Below are positions 42,601-54,600 of a stretch of DNA of 64,000 nucleotides, one piece after another. How positions within the stretch are numbered: position 1 is the first letter of the stretch; each line of letters starts with the position of its first letter. The notes beneath the pieces were generated by a model, which did not search any database, had not been told where the DNA came from, and saw only the letters and a program-made list of their open reading frames with translations. Location: positions 3,658,001-3,722,000 of the forward strand of contig NW_027271384.1 of assembly GCF_040938485.1 (NCBI RefSeq). The letters run 5' to 3'. This DNA comes from Diadema antillarum (taxonomy: Eukaryota). The position numbers were made by a program, and so were the translations under genes.

Positions 42601-45600
42601 ATTATCCCAACCACGTGCTTTCCGCGCACGGCTTCACCTTTGAAAAGAACAATTTGCGCCGGCAAGTGCACAATTCACGGTGGACGCCAGAATTCCACAT
42701 CGTTCTTGCAAGTTAAAATAAATCGCGTGGCAAAAACGAGTGAGAGAAATCGCGCACTTCAGACAGTTATACGATTGCGACTCCACATGCTCGCATACGC
42801 TACGGAGTAACATTGCACGAGTTCGCAAAATTCTCACGACTCGCAGTTTCCAAGCGTCATGAACAGGATTGGTATTCCAAAAGTTTTGTCGAAGTTTTGC
42901 GATTATTCACAAGCAATAATTCACGAGCGAGAAGTTGCATTCTGGTTTACTTTTCGATGACATTAGTCAAGGCTCGACACTTACGGGGCCACCAAAAACG
43001 CGCGTCGTGCCACCGAAATTTCAGAAATAAAGATTTTGGTACGATCGGGCCACCAAAAAAGTCGGATGTTTGCCTTTACTTTCGAAAATGAACAGCGGTA
43101 ACAATCGGCTCCGTAAGATGCTAAAATAGATGTCAGATGTTTACTCTTAATTTTGGAAATGAATAACGGTAATATTCGACTCCGTATGATACTAAAATAA
43201 ATGTCGGATGTTTGCTTATACTTTGGGAAATTAATAACGGTAAGAGTCAGCTCCGTACGGTGCTTAAATTAATGTCAGATAATTGATTTTGCCTTTGGAA
43301 ATGAATAAGGATAACATTCCGCTCCGGAAGATGGTGAAATAATTGTCGAATGTTTGCTTTGACGTTCAGAAATGAATAATAATGATATTCAACTCTGTAT
43401 GATGATAAAATAAATTTCTGATGTTTGCTTTTATGTTCGAAAGTAAATAGCAATAACATTCAGCTCCGGAAGATGCTAAAATAAATGTCGAATGTTTCCT
43501 TTGACGTTCGGAAATGAATCAGAGTAATATTCAATTCCGTATGGTGATTAAATAAATGTCGGATATTTGCTTTACTTTCGAAAGTAAATAGCAATCACAT
43601 TCGGCTCCAGAAGATGCCAGAATAAATGTCAGATAATTGCTTTTACTTTTGGAAGTGAATAGCAGTAACATTCTGCTCAATACCATGCTAAAACAAATGT
43701 CGGATTTGTTATTCCACACTGCTCGATTGATAAAAAAAAAAAAACTGTTACGATTCGCTAAAGTTTGTTATTATGCTGAAGGTTCGCTTTTCTTTTTTAT
43801 ACAAGTTTCGAAATTTCGGACGTTATATAGCTGATACGAAAACGAAGTTTCTTACCACGAATATGATAATTTCTTTACAGATAAACGACCCACCTTTTTT
43901 TTTCCATTTTCGGATGAATGAACCATCTGAATATTTTTTTTTTCCCGGAATGATGAATATCGTGCAAAGAAGTAAACGATGTCACGTTCAGAAATAAACC
44001 CATATATTCCCGTCACAGGAAAAGATTCGGCGTTTTTAATTTTCTTTTAGCCAAAAATGACATAAGTTTCGTACCATGCACGTAATTCATTCTCACATTT
44101 ACGAACCTTCGGAATAATGCCGCAAATGGTATTAACGAGCCCTAATACAATTTTGGATTAACACATTACATAAGGCATATCAAATTTGCGTGTTTTGCGG
44201 GTTCAGCAAAAAGAACCATCGGATTTACGAACCTTATTCTTCTTTCGGAATAATGAACATAAGGCAAAGGAAATAACGATGCCATAATAGGAATTCAAAT
44301 TATTTTCTTGCCTCAAAGATTTTCCATACTTATTTTCCGAACTACTAACCCCCAATGCCAGACTAAAAATCCGAAAATTAAATAAGCTCTGCTTTCTGAT
44401 GTTTTGTTAATCCCAGAAATTAAAAGGAACAAGTTGTGTTATTCGTTTTCAGAGTAACGTAATTAATTTAATATCACGATAAATGCACCCTTAGAATCAC
44501 AAAATTCGTGCGGTTTCGGATTAATGAATCGTATTTATTTTTCACATTAACGAATATCAATACGGCAGAGGGAATTTTCGAGAATATTATAGCGAATCTT
44601 ATTTAACTTTCGCATGACAAGAACCTTACAGGTGCAACGAACATCAAAATATAAGAACGATGTCAAACTAAAAATTGAAACTGTATAGTTGCTTCAAGAA
44701 TTTTACCTCCCGTCTATATTGCTTTTCCGATCTAAATCTAAAAATGAAATAAAACAAAACAAAACAAAACACGATGAAACGCGCTATTATTGCCGAACAT
44801 AGAATACATCCCCATAGGTGGAACAAAATAACAACAGAAAAAGATGCAGAGAGAGAATGATGGGCGGGAGAATGGTCTTGGAGGTCGAAGATCTTTTGTG
44901 TGTGTGTGTATGTGTGTGGAATTGAATATTACATGTACATGTTGTGCACAGAAATCTGTCAAAGTCTGTCAAAGTGTGTCAGAGTCACGAGAAATCAAGT
45001 TTTAGTTATGCCTAAATGTGGATTCTACAGACTCTAAAGCTACGTTTACACCATGTTCCCGGCGGCCAAGTTGTATTTGCCTGAGATGCAGTGCGCTGTG
45101 GGTATACTAGTATATGCAGTTGAGACATTCTCCTGTTCCCCCCCCCCCCACCTTCGCATTCTAAGTCTTGTTCGGATCGTTCCAGTCCTCGCCCCGGCGA
45201 ACTTCTATAGCTATCACACGCTGTTCTCACGGCGTCTGATCAGGCTATAGACTATCAATATTTTCCGTCCCGTCCCGCTGCGGACCGCCTCCAAGTTTTG
45301 TTAGGGTCTATTACGTGCCGTCGTGTTTCATTGCATTCATCCCATTTTATCAAGGCATACAAAATTAAATTCCTCATTAGCACCGGGACTGCCGTGGCAA
45401 TTTTTTTTAAACAGTTTAAGAATGTGACACGGCATCCACGGCAATCACGGCCTGTCACATTTGCCTATCTCGTCTCACAGCGTTGTTTCACGTCCGTCCC
45501 ATTTTGTCCGTGATGGCCTGAAATGTGACTGCCGTGGTTGCCGTGAACATGTGTAAACGCGGCTTTTAGCTTTACATAATCCAATTCCACATCCCTTTAA

Positions 45601-48600
45601 ACCTTAAATACGAATATTTGTACGCTATTGTCAGTAGTTCACTTTCTAAAAAGCAAAAACAAACGAACAACCAAACAAACGAACGAACAAGTAAACAAAC
45701 AAAACCATGACAATCTCTTAAAATTCAGGTTCTGTTTCCGTTCAAGCTCACAACCTGATTCTTTCCCTAAACGAAACAATACAGCAGTCGTTCTTTATAG
45801 CGACGCACGACGGCGTTTACGCTCCTCCTCTGTCACTTCATAAGGCGAAAGCATTCTATATGAGGAGTCAAAGAAAATCATCCAATTATAAGACGGTATC
45901 TATCATCGACCAATACGGCAGCCTGATGTGAACTTCGGTGTGTTTGTGTCCGTGCCGTAAAATGAATACGTCGGTGCGCTTTTGTGTGTCGGGTGCATCT
46001 TTAGCAAGGAGCTACAAGTTTTGTTGCTTGTAGCTCCATGGCTGTTATTGCTGCCCCAAAACAAGGGAAGCAGAAGAAAAAGGGCATACCTGCTATTAAG
46101 AAAAGCCTCTTTTAAACGAGGATGTTTCTTGCTGCTATTCCCTTCCGATTGTAAAAACTAAAGAGGGTGCTTTATAAGCAATTATGAATACCTGAATTGA
46201 AAGGACCAGAGGATACCCATTCTGTAGGCGACGTAAAAAGCATAGGAAAGCCAATTGAGACAATTGGTGCTGGTCAGTCGTCTGCCGAGATCATGGTACT
46301 TGCATGTACAACAGTACTATAAACCATCAAAATTAATGTATATACACGAATGTAACATTGATACATATCTTTCTCATAATCTGTCACTTTGAAACACTGC
46401 ATAAAATATGAAGTACCACTGACTTGGTTACTCAACTCAGCATGACATTAAAGCTTTCTAGTATCACATTATTGTGTTACGGGGGGGGGGGGGGGGCGTT
46501 TAATAAATCTGTTTGTACAGTTACGAACAACTTACGAGCGACTGGTGATCAGTTCTGATGTGCTATACTTATCAGAATTTCCATAATTCAGCACAAGAAC
46601 TTATCATCAGTCACTCGTAAGTCGTTCGTATCTTTACGAACAGCTTTATGACCCTCCCCCCCCCCCCCCCTTCACTGCGTTTCAAGCAGTGGGATATAAT
46701 TATATCCTAACAAAATATAATAAGATTAAGGCATTTCGTTTTCTAGTTCACGAACTTTCGGAATAACTTTTTTATTTTGTGTGTGTGTGTGTTCTTGAAT
46801 ATTCATCAAAACGAACTTAATTGCATTCTATGTGATTAACGAAATTTTGGAATAATTAATTGCAGACAGAGATGAAAATGACCGTTACTGTTTCTTGCAT
46901 ATTTCTCAGTTTTTATGTTCACAACGATGTTCCTCGCTTTGTGATTACGTTTGGTCCATCCATCGCGTTTCCCGCAAGCTTGAAAAAGGAGCTAAAATTC
47001 ACGCAAGGAGACGGGTTTTCTTCCACGAGAGACAAATCATTTGTAGAAGATGCACCGTCCTTCCCGCCTGTTATAAAGATAACCTATCATACACTATATA
47101 CGGCTAGCACTGTATGTAGTACTGAAGAAATTTTTCCTGGTGAGAGTCGGTAGACTTATCCGTTCCAAGCGCGGGTAAATTAGTAAGTCTTCTCTCAGGA
47201 CATTAGGTTTTACCCAGAACTTTACGGAATCATCATCTTGCTGACCTATAAGAAAATAAGCCCAAACATTACATTTTGCCAGTTAACAAATAGCCAGGTT
47301 AATTATTGTTGCACAAGTTGTCATTATAATACGCTTTGCAAAAAGTAGGCTTACTTTCAATCTTCACTGATGAGCTCTAAACAGCCCATTATACATAACC
47401 AGGGAAGAGGGATAATTACATTCATAGTTTAAATGAGTTTTCTTAACCCGTTCCTCCCATAATTCTCCAAGAGCCTGAAATGCTCAAAAGCGAGATTCTC
47501 TTTGCAGGTCGACTTGAGAATGGACAGGTTGGTATTCCTCCTGTGCAGAAACAGTCAAGCTGTAGGCCTATTACGACAGTATCCCCTTTCCATGGTCAAC
47601 TACAATACCATGTGCCATCAAACAATGAAAGTATCGATCGGGCACCAGGTATAGGTATGAATAGACATTGCGCTAATGGGCTCACAAACTCTTTTGTTGT
47701 ACACAAGAATATTGTCACTGGAGGCAAGTATCTACTGAGCTGAGCCTCTATCGCTGTGTACATCTTAATTCGAGTTTTATTGCGAAAGAAGCACATATAC
47801 GCGAAGTTAGTAACGGCAATGCACAAAACACAAAAATCTTGAGAGCTTTTGAAAGAGCGGGATCCGAAACATGGACCCGTTTCTAGACACTGTACGTTTT
47901 AAATTTGATATGAAAAAAACAAACGCATATTCCCCAAAGTGCATGCAAATTTGCGATTTAAATTGAAGTGCGTTGCTGTGAAGATATGCGTGTGAATTCG
48001 TATGATTCTGTCGAGATAATTTTTCAGTGCCGACTGAGTTGAAAGAGGATGTGTGATTTTCCTTCCCTAAGTCGCCATATTTTTATTTGTTTTGCTTACA
48101 TTTCTATTGCCATACTCTGAAAATGAATTGTTCTCGCGCTCCGATTCGCAACATTACCGCTCTGTACGGCGCGGGCCAGTCTGAAATAAAAACAAGAAAA
48201 ATTGTTAATCCGGAAACGACATCTTTCGGATTACTAACCTTCGTAAAGATAAACATCTTTCCATCGTCGAACTTATTTAACTTTGGACTGAGATTTAAAC
48301 CTTCGGAATAGCGAACTACAGTAACAATAATTTGCTACTATTTTTTTCATCGACATTTCGTGAAGCACGATGCGTTTCGGTAGTTTGAAACGTGTTAATG
48401 TTGCGATGTCTTTCCCCTGCTAGTGCAGACTAAGTTCAATCATGGCGAAAGTTCCGTTACGAAATAAAAAATGATTCAAGTCTTTTCAACAATAACACGC
48501 TTCGGTTTATAGTTTTTATGCGTTTAAACGCAGTTTTTAGTTTCGTACAAAAACCGCAAGTCTTTTCTGCAACGCTCTTGCGTTTTAGATACAGCGTTGC

Positions 48601-51600
48601 TTGTGATTTGATGGACTTGCATTTGACTATTAGAATTAGTGTTTAAACGCAATTGAGTTTAAGTTTCTTACAATTTTCTAGTGTCGGATGATTATGAAAT
48701 GCAAGTCTTTTCAGCGTTCCGTGTTTGATGGACTTGCATTTGATTTTGGGGGTTGCGTTTAATTCTTAATTTTGCGTAAGAAGTAAAAAATAATGCAGGT
48801 CTTTTCAACAATAACTCACTTCCGTAGATGTTTAGAGATGCGTTTAAACGCAGTTTCTTATAATTTCGTACAAAAAGTATGTCTTTTCTGCAATGCTCTT
48901 GCGTTTAAATACAGCGTTGCGTGTGATTTGATGGACTTGCATTGGATTTTTAGAATCGCGTTGAAATGCAACTGAGTTTTAAAGAAGTTCCCTACAATTT
49001 TCAAGTTTCGTATATCAAACGCAAGTCTATTCAGCGTTCCGCGTGATTACATGGACTTACAATTGCATTTGATTTTCAGAGCTGCGTTTAATTTTTAATT
49101 TTGCATACGAAAAAACAAACAAAATAATGCAAGACTTTTCAACAATAACGCACCTCCGTAGATGTTAAGAGATGCTTTTAAACGCAGTTTCTCTATAGTT
49201 TCTTTACGAAAACCTCAAGTCTTCCCTGCAACGCTCTTGCGTTTGAATACAGCGTTGCGCGTGATTGATGGACTTCATTTAATTTTTAGAGTTGCGTTTC
49301 AACGCAATTGAGTTTCAGGTTCATACAACTATTTTCTAGTTTCATACTATATCAAACGCAAGCCTTTTGGCAGCAACGCACTTGCGTTTATGTGCAAAGT
49401 TGCTCGTGATTTGATACACCTGCATTTAATTTTCAGCTGCATTTAATTACATGTAGTTGCATTTGATTAATTTTCTAAAAACGGGCCCAGGTTTCTATTA
49501 ACGCTTCGGAATAATTAACGTTAGAATATTCGGATAAACAGAAACACCTACACGTGTATTTCATGTTCTGATAATGATTTTCTACTAGGACCTTTATGTG
49601 TACAAAGTTTTTGCGTTTTGAGAATAACGAGCAGAAAAGGGGGAAAGTGAACTGCTTTGGGTAGCCAACTACATGTAATTCTCCAATGTAAATGAATGTA
49701 TGCCCTTTCATTTCTGGCGTACAAGACATGGCGCGAACGCTACCACGCCATACACTAGGGAATTACCGATTAGAAATGCAGCGAATCAGAGCGGGAAAAC
49801 AATTTATTCTTTTTTAAGAGAATGGCGATAAGATTTTGAGCGAAAAATTATGTCGACTTAGACGAGGGAATAAACACGTATTTCAGCTCAGTTGGCACTA
49901 AAAAATCAGGTCGACTTACGCGAGTTGTGGACTTATAAATGTCGACTAAGACGAAGAAATTTTCAAGGAATAACAAGACAAAAATCGGGACTTTTTTATC
50001 GTGTCGACTTAAGCAATGTCGAGGTTTACTGTACTAAAGCTCCATAGTTTCAGCAGAGCCAGATGTGTATGTACCTCCCTGGTTTCAGGAAGGAGGTACT
50101 AGGCGAGCTCGCCTGGTACCTCCTTGGTTTCAGGTGCAGGGAGCTCTCATCAGCTAGCTCTCGCCAACTACAGCACGTGTCTCCAACAGCATGCACGTAT
50201 CACACACAGCACAGGGTTACTAATACATGTACTATACATAGCCCCTCTTCCCTCCCAGGCCCCATGCAATTGACACGATGTTTACGACCCATTCAGCGCG
50301 TACGCAAATTAATTTACCCTGCGGTTTTTGCCTGGCGGCAAACCTGCTTTGAAGTTCCTGGAAATTTCCACCAGCTTGTTGCCTGGCTGGCACGGCCATG
50401 GGTGTCAAGTTTCCGTCAATCTACCTAGCTATTGTGAGTGTTTTTCTTATACACTTGTCACTTCATTACACACATTTTGCTTCACCTGAGAAGCTGCTTA
50501 CAAGAGTGGTCTCACGCTCATGTAAGGGGAACAAATACTATATTTCGGATACTATTTCAGATACTTCTTGATTACGCCTCTCATCGACGCAAATTAAGGT
50601 AATCACAGCGTTACTAACGCGTAATAGTGCAATGCCTTTCGTGGTTTCATTTGTTTGCTAGTTTGTCCGTTTTTTAAGCTTCCATGAAATCAACTGTGTA
50701 AGTGTTAAGCACAAGACAAAGGGAAGACTTAATCCGGGCGTTCCCGAACGCTGGCTACATGGAGCGATGGCTTCGTGGTCGATTGGGTGCAGTGAAGTTG
50801 ACGCTATTGTGTTCGAAACAAAGGCACTAAACAAAAGACTTTTAAGCTGGCGTTCCCGGAACGCGGACGGCATGGGCGCATGCCAAGCTCGTGCCAAGCT
50901 GGCTACTTAACAGATAAGAAGGCATGTCGGACGCGGGCGAACGCTCGTGAGATAAAATCTGTCACGCCTAAAATTCAATCATCTCCATCTGCTCACCGTC
51001 TGGATTGATGAAGATGTAGCAGATGTCCTCCACTCGTTGCCGCACGTCGGGGTCATCACAGCCATCAACCGGCGGGAGAACAGTGGTATCGCACTCCTCT
51101 TCATTCAGAACCCAGTCATTACCAAAGACATTCTGGAACCGTGTCTGCAAACAGAACCACATTCGTTAACACAATAAATGTAGTCCCTTTTCATCATTTT
51201 CTTGGTACTAAGTTTTGGGTACGGATGGACGATCAGGTCACTGATACATCCATAACACTGATTACGTCAAAGTCCAGTCACATGCGGAACATGTCTCTTT
51301 CCTACAATCGGATACCCTGATAGACAGGGTATTGAGAAAGGGAGTAAAAAGAGAGCAGAGTTCTACTTACGACACTTCCATCCTGGAGGCGGAAATCGTT
51401 GGATCTGTCGTCATCGAAGGTTCCGCACAGACCACAAGTAGCATTCCAGTACTGGTATGGCACCTCTATGGTTGCAGTGTTGGCTCCGTCGAAACGTACA
51501 GACAGACCAAAGGATGTTTGGATGGTCTGTAATAACGATCAGATATCAGGTCCTCTTTACCCTTCCCTTCATATCATGCCTCTATGCTCAATTCTAAAAC

Positions 51601-54600
51601 AATTACGTATCAAGCGAAAATCTTACATCTTGGCATCATACCTGCAACAAATTTCACTTGATATTTCATTCTTGTGTCTCCTTCAAATATCTGACAATGA
51701 AATTACTTGGACACTAACATAGATGTTAATACTAGTTACTCTTTTTTTTATTGTATAAATACTAGTGTGCACCTAATCGATCCATCCTCGTAACAAGATA
51801 CACTTTGCACATATTAAATGCCCCTACATCAAAATCAATATCAATTGATGTGCTGACCCACAATTTGGGAGGCTTTCAAGACTAACGAGTAAACCAGCCA
51901 TCATTCCCTTACCGCGTAAGACCGGTCCGAGCGAATAGTGATGCCGTTGATGAAGCTCAAGGGTGTCGTCCGCCTTGCACCGTTGACTAGAACCACTCTA
52001 TTCCGCTCGATCGAATAGCTAGTGCCATTCACCTCCAGTACCACCTTGCGCAGGTACGACACTCGGTCCGATGGGTTGTTCTTGACGTTGTCTCCCCACA
52101 AGTGGAAATCCACAAGGTCCGTGCGGTCGCTGCACGGCCTCACCAGCGTGTACTCACAGTCGCCCTGGAAGTCATGACGACCACCGTCGAACATAGTGTA
52201 GTGCGGATCTCCCCACACGGTGCAGATTCCAGGCGCTGTTCAGAGAAGCAGTCGGAAGGTAATTAAAGCACTCTGAATAGTGGCAGCCAGAAGCCCTCAC
52301 TTCTTCTCCCAACAAAATATACAATTGGCCGCCTACACTACAGATGTCTGCCATCTGCCACAAGTAAGCTTAACGGTTTTTTTCACCTCTCGCATTTCTT
52401 GCAGACTTCCTTCTATTTTAATTGGTTTCCTCTTTCAAAACAGTACGGTGTTCATCACATACAAAAGTACATGCTCTTTTACCATGCATGACCTGACTGG
52501 ATCTTGTACTCTAACAGCATAAAAAGAGAACACATGCAAGTACATTTCCACAAAAGAGAGATCACTGGCACTCACAAATGGAGTCCATACACACCTACCA
52601 AACACTATCAAAATCTCTTGCAATATTGTGCTTCTTCAAAATATGAGGTTTCCCGTCTACCTTCAGTTTTTCTTCTCAGACAAGATGAGCAGTCGACCAA
52701 AGGCTTGAAATACACAGCTCAGTAAGGCTCATCGCCGCCCCGCGTTCTCTATCTATTACTCAAATGACTTACCTCTGGTGCATTCTCCATTGCTGTAGGT
52801 GAAGCCGTCCCGACAGTAGCAGTCTCTCACACCACCCTTGATCCTACACTCCTGGTTCTCCACGCACGCGTATGCCACACATTCCAAAGTGCCTCCAGAA
52901 CAGCTGCACATCTCGGAGCAGTCATCGTTCACGTACACATCCCCTGCCTGTTTGTGCCAATACCAATCATTTAGATTTGCTTTAGACCATGGTCTTCTTT
53001 TCAAGCCATTTGCATCTCCATTTGCTTTCAATCCACACGACAATAATCACAGTGTTCAACGATTTATTAAACTTAAGCTCAAATATTACCATCAAAGGAG
53101 GAAAGCCACACTCACCGAGATGTAGCTTCCGTCTGGAAGAGTGCAACCACAATCCTCTGGCTGCACGCATGTTCCGCCGTCGTCCAGCAGTCCTTCGGGG
53201 CAGCTGCAGATTTCACGGCAGGGAAGTCCGCAGTTCAGGTCGGAATCTGGATCGGCACAGCTGGGCTGGCAGGCGCTACCGCAAGATTCGTACACTGTTC
53301 CACTCGGACACTCAAACCCTGAATAAAGACAATTTTTAGGCAAGGATATACCTTGAACGTCATTTACAACGTACAAGAACATACAACAAGTGAAATACCC
53401 ATTCATCACCACGAAAGCTGTACATTACTTACACCGGATACGATCGGCATCACCAAGAACACAAAGTGCTCACACGAGTCATATAAAGTCAGTACTGTCG
53501 GGGACATTCACAACTGTACAGATTTACAGTTTTCACGCAAAATGCACTACCGTCATTCAGCATCTGCACTCTTCTTTCATGACTCCACAATATTTCACTT
53601 ATTTCTTCCAAACCCACCGAAAGACTTTCGACGTCTTTCAAAAGCTGCATCTCATCCTCACGGCACAGAGGGTCATGTCAGAGACTCTTGACACGCACTT
53701 CATGATATCTGATCACATGGCTTTATTTTTTGCACCTCTAGATTCTGATGATCAGCCAAAACAGCTTTCCACTATACAACATAAGTGTCATGACACAAAA
53801 ATACTTACCGCACTGGATTACAGACGCCCTCCAGTCCCCAGCCAAGATGCCATTTGTTTCTCCTCGACACTTCTGAACGTATTCCTGCAGGGCTCCGCAT
53901 ATGATGTCGTTGTCAGGGTCAGTGAAACACAGGTCGAAGACGCAGGCATCATAGTAATCACTCACGTCCACAAAGTCGGAGCAGCCTCCCAGGGGACCTG
54001 AAAGCAAGAAACAGCTGCAAATATAAGCTCTTGGATACTACACAAACAACAAACAAAAATACACACACAGAAAAAAGAAAAGAGACTGAGAAATTCCACT
54101 GCACTTTTCTATTCGAGGTGATTAGAAATCATCAGACAAATAGTCAGATAGGATGTACCATACTCCAGCTGCTTACCACGCTCATTTTCAAATTTGCCCT
54201 CTTTTAATGCTTCAATAGATTGCTTTAACTTTTTGCATATCATATCGACTCATCTACTCATAGAATACACGAGTACTGTAGTGTGCCTCAGTGAAATTCA
54301 ATCATCTCCATCTTCTCACCGTCAGGATTGATGAAGATGTAGCAGATGTCCTCCACACGTTGCTGCACGTCGGGGTCATCACAGCCATCAGGGGGCGGGA
54401 GAATTGTGGTATCGCACTCCTCTTCATTCAGAACCCAGTCATTACCAAAGACATTCTGGTACGGTGTCTGCAAACAGGACCACATTCGTCAACACAATAA
54501 TTGGTACTTTTGGGTACAGCTGCACGATCAGGTCACTGTTACATCCACAACACTGATTACATCAAAGTCCAGTCACATGCGGAACATGTCTCTTTCCTAC

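Larger units (their letters stand above)
42387..50968. mobile_element. 8582-bp non-autonomous PIF/Harbinger-like DNA transposon insertion
   Basis: Empty site in the other units is cagTAAaattc; filled site is cagTAA[GGCGTGACAGATTT...AAATCTGTCACGCC]TAAaattc. TSD at 42384-42386 and 50969-50971. TIRs match at 33/38 with the first 14 bp perfect. A 3-bp TAA TSD is typical of PIF/Harbinger. No ORF >130 aa inside. Confidence 0.9.

Noticed and set aside
50050-50402. Minus-strand exon-like pair ([11 protein letters not shown]...QG|gtaaat and a downstream 50-aa frame)
   Set aside because: Splice phases do not match and there is no recognisable homology.
42430-50897. Transposase or Myb/SANT gene inside the insertion
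   Set aside because: Only short ORFs (<=126 aa); none shows Harbinger DDE motifs or a Trp-spaced Myb domain by eye. A spliced or decayed gene cannot be fully excluded without TBLASTN/HMM searches.
42384-51790. Transposon as the exact cause or border of the L/R divergence
   Set aside because: L-type sequence continues ~820 bp past the right TSD, and the target site itself is L-specific.
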